Below are positions 18,301 through 26,535 of a DNA stretch of 53,524 nt, piece by piece. Position numbers and translations under genes: made by a program. The number at the start of each line of letters is the position of its first letter. The first letter of the stretch is position 1. Origin of the DNA: Faecalibacterium sp. CAG:74 (GTDB lineage: Bacteria; Verrucomicrobiota; Kiritimatiellia; RFP12; UBA1067); NCBI GenBank assembly GCA_963588415.1, contig CAVAHB010000061.1, forward strand, positions 1 to 53,524, given 5' to 3'. Under the pieces are notes generated by a model. The model was not told the origin of the DNA, did not search any database, and was given only the letters and a program-made list of their open reading frames with translations.

Positions 18301-21300
18301 GAACGACGCGATGCTCGACTATGACGGCGACGGCCTCCTCAACTGGCAGGAATACATGGTCGGTGCGATGCGGTGCTGGCGCTACGACGACACGGTTTCG
18401 CGCTGGTCGAGCCATGCGTTCAACGCCAAAACAATTCCGACGGACGAAACGTCGGAGGAATGGGGCAAGTTCTGGTATGGCGTTCTCGTGGACGAGCAGA
18501 ACACGGCGGACGATGAGAACGCGGAAGGCCAGTTCAACCCGCATCTCGTCGCGGGAACGTTCGATGCCGGCTCCTATTTCTCCCTCTGCACGAACGCCTG
18601 GGATCAGCAGGCCTACGGAAAATACTACATGTTCAAGGACGGGGTCTACCATGATCTGGCGAAGCCGCCGGCTGGCAAGTATATGGTGGGCGACAAGCAG
18701 TTCAACCGCTTCACCTACAAGGCGGCGACGGCGGACGACTGGTCTTCACCCCATGTCTTCGCAAGTCTCACCGGCCATTATCCGGCGAAATACATCACCT
18801 GTGATCCGCGCATGCCCGATACGGACGGGGACGGCATGGACGACTACTACGAACTCTTCCACGGTATGAACCCCCTGCTCGGTCTTGAGGGTGCGCGCGG
18901 AAGGGGCAAGATCCGCGACGTCGTCCACGAAGCGTATGACGCCTCGCAGACGATACGCGGGGTGGCGTGGAGCGCCTGCGAAAACTACTGGTATCCGAGC
19001 GACGATGCCTCCGAGTGCCATCGTCCGGTGCGGGCTAAGGCGAGCGGTGATACATCGGTCGGCGGCGGTGCGCTCTGGGACTTTGAGGCGTTCCCGTGGC
19101 TGACGGGTCTTGCGGCGGCCGACCCCGACGGCGACAACATCCGCAACGCCGAGGAGGCAATCATGCCCCAGCTTCAGGCCTCCTCGAACTATCTCCACAC
19201 CGACCCGACGCCGCTGTGGATGACGGATACGAGTTATACGAACAGTTTCACGGCGCGCTTCTATATGCCGCCGTCCGGTGCCGCGGCGTTCCCCAGCACG
19301 ACGGGATCGTTCACGTATGGCGGCAAGGTCTATCGCTTCGATTCCATTCCCGGCTTCAGGTGGGACGAGAAGAATGCGATGGTCTACTTCGACCGCAACT
19401 TCAACGTCTATACGATCAACAACTGGAATGTGAAGGGCGACTACTTCTTCAGTTTCGAGGAGAACGAGGGCTTCGATTCCGATCACGACTTCCTGAACGA
19501 CTACGAGGAAGGCCGAGGGCGGACGAAGACGGCCTCCGACCCACAGGATTCCGACGACCCCCTGCGCCGACAGGCCATGTGGTTCGGCGGTGACGAAAAC
19601 AAGTCCTTCCTCCAGTCGCACGTCTCCACGGAAGAGGAAGTGCCGGTCACGGAGGCAAGCGCCGAATTCCGCGAGAACTTCCTCTACTACACCGTCGAGT
19701 GCTGGGCGAAACCCGACCAGACGATTCTCGATTCGACCGAGTTGCGTACGCTGGTGGAACGCGCCATCTGGACTTCGCCTTCGGGCCCCGCCGACCTCAA
19801 GTATCTCCGCAAGAACTTCCTGATTGGCATCAGGAACGGCAAGTGGTACACGAAATACGATTCGGCCGGCACCGACAAGCTCCAGCCCGTCGAAATTACG
19901 GAAGGGCCGGTGGCCACGACGAACTGGACGCACGTGGCGGCCACCTACGACGGCAAGACGCTCGTGTTGTATGTGAACGGCGATTCGTCCGCTGGAATGT
20001 CGAAGGCTTCGAGCATCCAGCCCGAACATGGCGTCGCGGCGCGCAGTGCGATTGACGTCGGCGGCTGGACGAGATACCCGGCCATCTCCTATCTGGTCGG
20101 TGCATCGGCGCTCGACATGTCCGCCGTCTACTTCGACCTCGCCCAGCGCAGCGGCGGAGTGCTCAAGAACCCGACGTTCGAGGACTACGGGAACTATTAC
20201 AAGGGCTACATCGACGAAGTCCGCATCTGGGACGGCGCGCGGAGCGCGGCGGACATCGCGGCGGACGTCCAGAACCGCACGCGCTACACGCCCGCACTGG
20301 CAAGCGCGAATCGGCAGGCGGTTTATGCGGCCTGGTGTGAAGGCGCCACCCGCATGGACGGCAGCGTCGACAAACTCCCGGCCGAACTGAAATACCACTG
20401 GTCGTTCGACCATCTGTCGGGCGCGGTCGAAACGACCGACGTGATGACGACGCCGACCGGGTTCTCGACGAAGGGATCCATCACCGACGCGAAAGCCGTC
20501 TGGGTGCGACCCGAAGGCTGGAAATGCCCGTGGTGGGATGACATTACGGTGCGTTCCACGGTCTACACCGACACCGCGTGGGTGCCGTGGGTCAACAACA
20601 CCGTCTCGCATCTGCCGCTCCTTGACGGAACGACGCTCGACTCGGTCTACTGGAGCACGAACTTCGTCGGATTGGCCTCAGCGGTTGACAGCGGCTATCC
20701 CTACTTCACGTTCCCCCGGTCGGCGGAAGTCTACAGCCGCTGGACGCAGGTGATTTACGACGATGAAGCCACGGGAATCAAGACGACGCCGACGCGCTGG
20801 AACGTCGTCTCGACGAACGGCGAGCTGAAAGCGGCCTTCCGCTTCGCGCATCGCGACCACAACGTGCTCGGCGACGACCTCCTGCCGATGGGCGGCGCGT
20901 ATCCGAAGCGGATTTCCTCCACCGAGGGCGGAATGTGGGATGACCAGGGTGCGGCGGATGCGTGGGCGCAGACGGGAACGGACAGGAACAACCGCGGTCT
21001 GCCCGACTGGTGGACGGCACTCGCCAGGGGCGAGTACGTCTCCGACTCCTCGGCCACGATCAACTGGGATACGATGGTCGATTACGACGGAATCCGCATG
21101 ACGGCATGGGAGGCGTATCGCCGCGACTTGGCGCGCGGTATGCTCCCCGACGGCACATATCATCCCGAATTCGTCGATACGCGCGACCTTGACGGCGACC
21201 GCATCCCCGACTGGTGGGAAGACGCCTACGGCATCGATACCGGAAGCGCGGAAGACCAGTTTGCCGATGCGGATGGCGACGGACTTTCGAATTACGCGGA

Positions 21301-24292
21301 GTATCTCATCAGCGAGGTCTTCAAGTTCGCCCGTCTGGATCCGACGCTTCCGAAGACGGACGGAACGTGTCCCGACTATTTCCGCCGCGTTGGCGATCTC
21401 TATTTGGGCGAAATCTTCACCGACTTCGATCAGGTCGATGACCAGTGGGAGCGTCAATATGCGCAACCCGACGCGAATGGCATCATCTACGCGAACCAGT
21501 ATGTTCACGATCCGCAGAAGGATCTTGATAACGACGGCTGGTCGAACTTCGCCGAGGCGAAGGCGGGTACGAATCCGAGCAAGACAATCTCCTCGGCCAC
21601 GGGCGACGGGTATTTCATTCGCGAATATCCGATTCCCACGATTGATGCGACCGTTGTCTACAACGAGGCGGAGGCCATTTCGGCGCCAATCGTATTCAAG
21701 GCGTGGAGCAAGAAGACTGATCCCGGCATGACCAGCATTCCGGATGCCATCTGGTCGGTTGCGAACGTCAGTTCGAATGTTGAGGCATCAAGCCATACGA
21801 GATATTTTGGCATGAATCCGGCGGAAAAGAAAACCTACGTGCTTGGCGCGGGCATAGTGACGCCCGGGTCGGTGCGAATCTATTTCCGCGATCTGGCCTA
21901 TCGCCTCGTGTCGACGCTGAACGGCTACGATTATTTGAGTTATCACGGCGAAAGCACAAATGCCACATGGCATGCCGTCGTTGCGGATCGGTGGACCAGA
22001 AGCGGTGGCGAACTGTATGCGACGGTCGTTACGTCAACAGGTGCGACGAAGGAGGCTTTGGTCGGCTCGATTGATTACACGACGGGCGAGATGACCGTTG
22101 ATTTCTCGAACGGGATGTTGACGGGACATGCCTATTTCGGGACGACGGAGATTCCCTCCGGAGCCGAGAGCTTGTCTGCGGTTTGGTACGACAAGTCCAA
22201 CTTGGGCGGCAGCTACGTCCGCATTTCGTGGTCGGCGCAGATGGCGGGGCCCGATGCAACGGGCACCTACCACCTGTCGGAGGCCAACGGCTCCGGCGAT
22301 CAGCGCGGCTACATCCGCGAGGGATTGAATAAGTTCATCGCGTTCGTGGATAACGACGGCGACGGCGAGTATACGCCCGGCGAACCGTTCGGCTTTGTCG
22401 ATAACGTGGATGTCGGCTGGGACGGTGCGCGGTTCACCGTCGAACTGACCAAGACCCATCCGACGTTTGCCCGTATCGACCTTCGCACGGGCGATTCGGA
22501 TCGGATGCATTACTACCAGACCAACAGCGGCCTGACGACGAACGACACGGGAATCGTGCTCGACTCCTCGCCGAAGGAACGCATTCGCGTCATCCGCACA
22601 GCCGTGAACGGCTATGGAATCAACAAGAACGACTCCAACTTCCTGGACATCGAGGATCGCGTGGTGCTGGATAAGACCTTTGACCTCAACGTGCGGCACT
22701 ATCTGCACGAGGGCGACTTCCTGACGGACGGTGAACTCGATCTCGACTGGTCGAAGTTTGAAGGGGAGGTCTACAACAATTCCGCCCTCAATCTCTACGA
22801 CAACGCCGGAAACTGGCTGTTGGATCCGACGAACGTGATGTATCGAATCGTCCTTGGCGACGGCACGATTTCGCCGTCGGAGACGAACCGTCTCTTCCTC
22901 CTGAACGTCTCCCGTGCCTTTGATGCGACCAAGTTGCGCACGGTGCCGGAAATCACGGGGTGTGCTGTCGAGGGAATCTACTACAACGCCCGCCCGACGT
23001 TCTCGTGGACAATGCAGGGATTCAGTTCCTACACGGCCTTCCAGTTGCAGATTCTGGCGGAAGACGGAAAGAGCGTCATTTACGATTCGGGCGTTCGCCG
23101 CGCACCGAAGACGGATAAGGAAGGGAACTACCAGTGGACGGCCGACTGCTCGTTCGGCGACCAAACGCCGCAGGGCAAGATTCTGTCGCGTCGGGGCAAT
23201 TACAAGTGCCGCGTGACGATGTATAATTCGAAGTTCCGCCGTGCGAGCTGGTCGAAGACGGTCAATTTCTCGGCTGCGGTCAATTCCACCCGCGAAATGA
23301 ACGATCACGGCTATTCATCCATTGACGTGGTCGTGAAGTATGCCGGGCCTTCGAATGTGCTTGACCGCGTGGACAAGCTGAACCAGACGAATGGCATCAT
23401 TCGCGTTCAGGCGTTCCCGACGGCGGACTTCTCGGGCGAGCCGCTCGCCCAGACGTTCGTGACGAACGTGCTTGGTTCGTCGATTACGGATATGGCCCTG
23501 ACGCAACCCAATGCGCGTCTGACAGGCCTCCCGGCGAACGGAACCTACTACATCCGCGCCTACATTGATTCGGATGGCGACTTCCAGCACAGCGCGTGGG
23601 AATCGTGGGGCTGCGCGGCAAAGGCCGTTGTGATTACGGATTCGGATAAGTCCGCCCCGGTCGTCAACGTCTACATCGAGGATGCCGATACCGACGGCGA
23701 CTGGATCCCGGATGCGTATGAGTACGCCAAGGCCGGATGGAAAGGCGCGTGGGAATCCGTGAAGGACAAGATCCAGGCGGACGTCACGGGCGACGAGAAG
23801 GTTCTCTTCGACATCGAGACGTTCATCACCAGTCGCGGCGGTCTTTCCGCCGGCCTGTCGGGCATTCCTGCGACGATTTTCCAGAACGGGTCGTATGCGA
23901 AGATCCTCCTCGGCCTGTCGGGCGGCAACCTGTCGGCGGAAACGCTGTGCGCGGCGGTTCGCAGTCAGGCGACGGTCGATTCGAGTTCGGTGAAGATTAC
24001 GTCCCTGACGCTCGACCCCGAGGCCAGCCGCGTCGTGCTGACGGTCTCGGCCGACGTCCAGCCCTCTGTCGCCGGCCAGATCGTGAGTCAGGTCTACGGC
24101 ATTTCGGTCGCGTCCAAGAGCGTTTCCGTGAGGGTTTATGAAAAGAAGACCCTTGCCGAGGCCGACTGGACGCTGAAGACGACGGTGAGCGGCGTGGAAA
24201 TCGGCAACGGGCAGTCCGTCGTCGAAGCCCCGCTTGATTCGGGTCTGGACTTCTCCAGTGGATTCTACAAGATTGAGGTTGTGGAAGAATAA
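12317..24292 (+). CDS. Giant secreted protein (3991 aa). It has a signal peptide, PKD/Ig-like repeats, many TSP3-like calcium-binding repeats and a LamG (concanavalin-like) domain.
   Basis: Uninterrupted 12-kb ORF. Signal peptide is MRKLIMMKRFILSCAVAAFAGISVLA. At least 15 D-x-D-G-D-G/L-x-D-x-(W/Y)-E motifs are present, for example DTDGDGLPDGYE, WDTDGDGLPDPWELEF and MPDTDGDGMDDYYELFHGMNPL. LamG signature: WTHVAATYDGKTLVLYVNGDS ... GYIDEVRIWDGARSAADI. Confidence 0.88.
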   Translation: MRKLIMMKRFILSCAVAAFAGISVLAEDADLRSIDAVGDSTVSYPNGTSPLNAGQTFYILVRLLNQDYGETIAGGTPHPWYFKSLTAGSTNLVEYIDRPMLALSIGGKRAYAEYTSTGPKGELSGLNREKDANGKFGYYTDFYFKHTVEAGELGLPVKLLGKNDDRKVGDGSSEVLMVNVNTGTDTYNTWDLTNGSTSPRNAVLKFVNNGDIKRNVMYPSTPHTAPRTDASLAAEGIYVQTVDFDSVYDDEEAGVWRDVYPGLSSAVLNAPRLTGSGPATVYVWSENEDVFVPAGNNVTNVNGTTVLPVTIGSGESSASFKLRGGSAEEGTTCKIYMSSTTSAGYTDVGDEMANSTVSRTIRMHAAPSPTVTFRLNGEDDRATVTCPTTNYYDHVAQLTVRLTPAVEHDVWVELTANLNGTGYLSDIYDATLLGISENDGGTAYENRTTKVRIPAGESVVQLYLYSLGWTSKTGSSQRGIVFAPGKICTDEGMTIEDGEVSANSSGCTLFVNSVRPTILSVEPGYPTGTATAVGGVPAEFRVTLADCYRNKMDEDTGYTFKWTSSDSEELEDSPEKVEEDGVFTLDQTFVQAGTKTIKLRAVAPFNNSSSDTVEFELVVGKAKQVTATLPGEQPWRVAEGTSLPVTFALEGGTSSSTTYAFLEPIDEASSNAVDLSVAPFKTGVAIPKGTSAASFQPDVSFLDGTRSCEFTVKLSSRQEEYKKVAGFENGTLYVVVTNVQPVVTAVTAGGLPVDNGGTARSVPKGVNTSFQLSATDVVADLDATGNDAFMTKWVIYDGTATNIETNGNPNGMTVTHMFKNDTVGSEGALVQVFLKDKDMADYPTTPDWSFRVPVARTPRVTLAYESEADTGIWYENEKNAHGLKVGLSQAATAEVQVRVRVPKAEDGGYVKLKTRTNVVWEDPVNEDCYIVKFPIGTTSQTLTVTELDGTSDTSAGIDVEAFVITTDDSGYGKPWNEYYEAASPIAPTLKVLNVAPEGATVPADGSTNTSAKVYTNYTVKYKVNSDVAADLAGGITVVLSVDGDEVETTNVTDTVRREFATPVTFTSPGLKTVTVTFTDKDENSSTCTFYYNVMETKTVVVSAHDPAAKRSSSNGHSNRYGSNAKGLGAGRVDGESVEPQKVEGWVSTFSLAVTESTFPVVATGYQVSDPVNNKINTSGRGPLATGDTPYTYLSDSRGKAGYDSFFYAWVCNNTKTSDGLELDTDIMFGPGKSNTLPIPLQDYDPEKSAYDTQYWEAVFSREWLASDNCGDINADGIPDVVVTKYTGFGIFDESLTKSGNDLEDLSTWNDDADFFPNTDTSSSASFIPGLSNTWVTAGTPFEARFEIRGWYDKGGEASKALNDALQQLGFLDVTADVNFTDPATDATSTLSPLEWWAFTNYCAKVGREPTDTTIWAGGSDALAWSPERPTDPTMTDTDGDTLPDGYEYYVWYRAHVGYSANGGYTKLTGRRYNPKDPMHPEIITSEEIAALYDPRHDLSGTGSVGIYTDTDNDGLTDLEEFALGTNPFDFDTDGDGLPDGYELAISETDPLKSASQESTAESDGLANPDGDAMAFYTVKLPMLGFAEEGSDEVSECWFGDNAWTLFSADASGANPKVCYFVNGADGTRYLVTDAIVSYKRDTEAQTATVTASLNAYSAWATGKVDNVTFYYPGDAAATVDLNGLALNYAKPTELDAGNIYKSWDYDEGTRVAGVTCGADDLKNLLNRTVALSVTTNLTFMHFQVYQKLGYNPLTATYWELPAPWAAVNTKRFTNYDEYMLMTFLYRQGLIADADLVQTSNRKMMAIWEKFTTDPLKADSFGHDIPDGWELYTLYAPGTAPAGLNSEGLGISSLAGICPVLADPDPDKDQLSFAEEFAGILSTSFYPASDYCTIAELNEKQLKWRNKLWATDPWNEDSDGDGITDGNEYAEAFVYGTEGVAGGGLNPLSWDTDGDGLPDPWELEFAGTHSENASSSSSTNETASTGWNNDGMDGTVNDAMLDYDGDGLLNWQEYMVGAMRCWRYDDTVSRWSSHAFNAKTIPTDETSEEWGKFWYGVLVDEQNTADDENAEGQFNPHLVAGTFDAGSYFSLCTNAWDQQAYGKYYMFKDGVYHDLAKPPAGKYMVGDKQFNRFTYKAATADDWSSPHVFASLTGHYPAKYITCDPRMPDTDGDGMDDYYELFHGMNPLLGLEGARGRGKIRDVVHEAYDASQTIRGVAWSACENYWYPSDDASECHRPVRAKASGDTSVGGGALWDFEAFPWLTGLAAADPDGDNIRNAEEAIMPQLQASSNYLHTDPTPLWMTDTSYTNSFTARFYMPPSGAAAFPSTTGSFTYGGKVYRFDSIPGFRWDEKNAMVYFDRNFNVYTINNWNVKGDYFFSFEENEGFDSDHDFLNDYEEGRGRTKTASDPQDSDDPLRRQAMWFGGDENKSFLQSHVSTEEEVPVTEASAEFRENFLYYTVECWAKPDQTILDSTELRTLVERAIWTSPSGPADLKYLRKNFLIGIRNGKWYTKYDSAGTDKLQPVEITEGPVATTNWTHVAATYDGKTLVLYVNGDSSAGMSKASSIQPEHGVAARSAIDVGGWTRYPAISYLVGASALDMSAVYFDLAQRSGGVLKNPTFEDYGNYYKGYIDEVRIWDGARSAADIAADVQNRTRYTPALASANRQAVYAAWCEGATRMDGSVDKLPAELKYHWSFDHLSGAVETTDVMTTPTGFSTKGSITDAKAVWVRPEGWKCPWWDDITVRSTVYTDTAWVPWVNNTVSHLPLLDGTTLDSVYWSTNFVGLASAVDSGYPYFTFPRSAEVYSRWTQVIYDDEATGIKTTPTRWNVVSTNGELKAAFRFAHRDHNVLGDDLLPMGGAYPKRISSTEGGMWDDQGAADAWAQTGTDRNNRGLPDWWTALARGEYVSDSSATINWDTMVDYDGIRMTAWEAYRRDLARGMLPDGTYHPEFVDTRDLDGDRIPDWWEDAYGIDTGSAEDQFADADGDGLSNYAEYLISEVFKFARLDPTLPKTDGTCPDYFRRVGDLYLGEIFTDFDQVDDQWERQYAQPDANGIIYANQYVHDPQKDLDNDGWSNFAEAKAGTNPSKTISSATGDGYFIREYPIPTIDATVVYNEAEAISAPIVFKAWSKKTDPGMTSIPDAIWSVANVSSNVEASSHTRYFGMNPAEKKTYVLGAGIVTPGSVRIYFRDLAYRLVSTLNGYDYLSYHGESTNATWHAVVADRWTRSGGELYATVVTSTGATKEALVGSIDYTTGEMTVDFSNGMLTGHAYFGTTEIPSGAESLSAVWYDKSNLGGSYVRISWSAQMAGPDATGTYHLSEANGSGDQRGYIREGLNKFIAFVDNDGDGEYTPGEPFGFVDNVDVGWDGARFTVELTKTHPTFARIDLRTGDSDRMHYYQTNSGLTTNDTGIVLDSSPKERIRVIRTAVNGYGINKNDSNFLDIEDRVVLDKTFDLNVRHYLHEGDFLTDGELDLDWSKFEGEVYNNSALNLYDNAGNWLLDPTNVMYRIVLGDGTISPSETNRLFLLNVSRAFDATKLRTVPEITGCAVEGIYYNARPTFSWTMQGFSSYTAFQLQILAEDGKSVIYDSGVRRAPKTDKEGNYQWTADCSFGDQTPQGKILSRRGNYKCRVTMYNSKFRRASWSKTVNFSAAVNSTREMNDHGYSSIDVVVKYAGPSNVLDRVDKLNQTNGIIRVQAFPTADFSGEPLAQTFVTNVLGSSITDMALTQPNARLTGLPANGTYYIRAYIDSDGDFQHSAWESWGCAAKAVVITDSDKSAPVVNVYIEDADTDGDWIPDAYEYAKAGWKGAWESVKDKIQADVTGDEKVLFDIETFITSRGGLSAGLSGIPATIFQNGSYAKILLGLSGGNLSAETLCAAVRSQATVDSSSVKITSLTLDPEASRVVLTVSADVQPSVAGQIVSQVYGISVASKSVSVRVYEKKTLAEADWTLKTTVSGVEIGNGQSVVEAPLDSGLDFSSGFYKIEVVEE
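16611..19540 (+). other. Region dense in TSP3-like calcium-binding repeats within the 3991-aa protein.
   Basis: Repeated Asp-rich DxDxDG loops followed by aromatic-Glu. Further copies lie at ~21181-21570, ~22350-22390 and ~23683-23725. Confidence 0.7.
19570..20290 (+). other. LamG / Laminin_G_3-like jelly-roll domain within the 3991-aa protein.
   Basis: WTHVAATYDGKTLVLYVNG (nt 19924-19980) and IDEVRIWDGARS (nt ~20209-20245) are hallmark strands of LamG-like domains. Confidence 0.75.
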
Positions 24293-24337
24293 TCGCGGCC
24301 CGTTTCGCGAATCGTGCAAGTGATGGATGGTGACAAG

Positions 24338-25477
24338 ATGAAGAAGGAAATCAGAAAAGTTTTGGTTGTCAACTCGGGTTCGAGTTCGCTCAAATACCAG
24401 CTCTTTGACATGAAGACTGAAACGCGGCTTGCCAAGGGTCTCGTGGAGCGAATTGGCGCGGGCGGACCCGCCAATCATGCCGAGGCACTGGCAAAGGTTG
24501 TCGCCGACCTCGGCAATCCGACCGACATTGACGCAATTGGCCATCGGATTCTGCACGGGGCCGAGGTCTTCAAGGATTCCGTCCTGCTGAACAAGGCGAA
24601 TCTGGCGAAGGTTCGGAAACTCGTCAAGTTCGGGCCGCTCCACATGCCGGCGAACCTTGGGGGCGTCGAGGCCTGCGAAAAGATCTTCAGGGGCGTTCCG
24701 AACGTCGGGGTTTTTGATACGGCCTTTCACCAAACGATGCCCGACTGCGCGGCACTTTATGCGATTGACCCGAAATACTACAAGAAGTATGGCATTCGCA
24801 AATACGGTTTTCACGGCACGTCGCATAAGTTCGTTACCCGGGCGGCGGCGGAATACCTCGGCAAGCCGCTTTCGAAGGTGAATCTTGTCACGTGTCATCT
24901 TGGCAACGGTTCATCGCTGGCGGCCGTTAGGAATGGCGAGGTCGTCGATACGACGATGGGGCTTACGCCGCTTGCGGGGCTTGTGATGGGCACGCGCTGC
25001 GGTGACATTGACGCGGCGGCGGTTCTGGCCATCATGGCAGCGGAGAAGCTTTCGCCTGCCGAGATGGATACGATTCTCAACAAGAAGTCCGGACTTCAGG
25101 CCGTTTCGGGTGTCGCGGGCGGCGATTGCCGCGACATCTGTGCACGGGCCGAGAAGGGCGACCGTGCGGCGGAACTCGCGCTTGAGATGCTGGCCTACCG
25201 CACGGCCCTTTACATCGGGGCCTACAATACGGTTGTAGGCGGTGCGGACGCGATTGTCATGACGGGCGGCATCGGCGAGAATTCATCCGAGGCGCGTGCG
25301 CGGATTATCGGACGGCTTGGGGCTTTGGGCGTCAAGTTGGATCGTCGGGCGAACGCCAAGGCGCATGGCGTGACGGCCGTTCTTTCGACGAAAGACTCGA
25401 AGATTCCCGTCGTCGTGTTGCCGACGAACGAGGAACTGATGATTGCGCGCGATACGGTGCGCGTTCTCTCGAAGTAA
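24338..25477 (+). CDS. ackA: Acetate kinase.
   Basis: MKKEIRKVLVVNSGSSSLKYQLFDM at the N-terminus, plus FHGTSH and the MTGGIGENS motif. I prefer the ATG at 24338 over the tracked GTG at 24314. Confidence 0.95.
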   Translation: MKKEIRKVLVVNSGSSSLKYQLFDMKTETRLAKGLVERIGAGGPANHAEALAKVVADLGNPTDIDAIGHRILHGAEVFKDSVLLNKANLAKVRKLVKFGPLHMPANLGGVEACEKIFRGVPNVGVFDTAFHQTMPDCAALYAIDPKYYKKYGIRKYGFHGTSHKFVTRAAAEYLGKPLSKVNLVTCHLGNGSSLAAVRNGEVVDTTMGLTPLAGLVMGTRCGDIDAAAVLAIMAAEKLSPAEMDTILNKKSGLQAVSGVAGGDCRDICARAEKGDRAAELALEMLAYRTALYIGAYNTVVGGADAIVMTGGIGENSSEARARIIGRLGALGVKLDRRANAKAHGVTAVLSTKDSKIPVVVLPTNEELMIARDTVRVLSK

Positions 25478-25490
25478 AGGAGATTGCGAA

Positions 25491-26528
25491 GTGAGTGCGA
25501 TAGCGGATATTATCAAGCGGGCATCGAAGTTGAACGGGACGATTGTCCTGCCGGAGGGGATGGATCCCCGCGTCATTACGGCGGCCTGTGCCTGTGTGGA
25601 TCGCCACATCTGTACACCCGTCGTTCTCGGTACGGCGGAGGAGATTGCCGTTGCGGAGGAGAAGGCCGGCTTGCACCTCACCGACCGTGCCATTCAGACG
25701 ATTGACTACACGAAGGGCGATGCGGAACTTGAGGCGGCCTATCTTGAGGCCTGGAATGCGAAGGAATCGCGCAAGCCCGCCGAGAAGCAGAAAATCATCG
25801 ACCTCGCGGGTGCGCAGAAGACGCTTCGTACGAAGCGCATTTACTTCGGCGGCATGATGGTGAAGTTGGGGCGGGTCAATGGACTTGTCGCGGGTTCGAT
25901 TGCCTCGACGGGCGACATGCTGCGGGCGGCCTTCCACACGCTGGGAACGCAAAAGGGCGTGAAGACGGCGAGTTCGTGCTTCCTGCTCGACCTGAAGAAC
26001 CCCACCCCGTCGGGCGATTCCGTCCTGGCGTTCGGCGACTGCGCCGTCATTCCCAATCCGACGGCCGAACAACTCGTGGATATCGGCCTTGCCACGGCGC
26101 AGACCTATCGCGACCTGACGGGTTGCGCCCCGCGTGTCGCCTACCTGAGTTTCTCGACGAAGGGGAGCGCGGCGGGCGAACTCGTTGAGAAGGTTCAGAA
26201 AGCCGTTGAACTTGCAAAACCACGCTTTGCCGAGAAGGGCATTCCCATGGATGGCGAACTTCAGTTCGACGCGGCGATTGCTCCCGCCGTCGGCCGCCTG
26301 AAAAATCCTGACGGAACGATTCAGGGAAATGCAAACGTCTTCATCTTCCCCGACCTTCAGGCGGGCAACATCGGCTACAAGATCGCTCAGCGCCTCGGCG
26401 GCGCGACGGCAATCGGCCCGAATCTCCAGGGCCTTGCCAAGGCGATGAACGACCTTTCACGCGGATGCTATGCCGAGGACATTGTCGGCACAATCTGCGT
26501 CACCCTCCTCCAGAGTACAACGAAATAG
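25491..26528 (+). CDS. pta: Phosphate acetyltransferase (short form).
   Basis: GTIVLPEGMDPRVITAA and ANVFIFPDLQAGNIGYKIAQRLGGA are typical PTA_PTB motifs. A GTG start at 25491 lies 8 nt after AAGGAG (25477-25482). The tracked start at 25443 overlaps ackA. Confidence 0.92.
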   Translation: MSAIADIIKRASKLNGTIVLPEGMDPRVITAACACVDRHICTPVVLGTAEEIAVAEEKAGLHLTDRAIQTIDYTKGDAELEAAYLEAWNAKESRKPAEKQKIIDLAGAQKTLRTKRIYFGGMMVKLGRVNGLVAGSIASTGDMLRAAFHTLGTQKGVKTASSCFLLDLKNPTPSGDSVLAFGDCAVIPNPTAEQLVDIGLATAQTYRDLTGCAPRVAYLSFSTKGSAAGELVEKVQKAVELAKPRFAEKGIPMDGELQFDAAIAPAVGRLKNPDGTIQGNANVFIFPDLQAGNIGYKIAQRLGGATAIGPNLQGLAKAMNDLSRGCYAEDIVGTICVTLLQSTTK

Positions 26529-26535
26529 GAAACGA

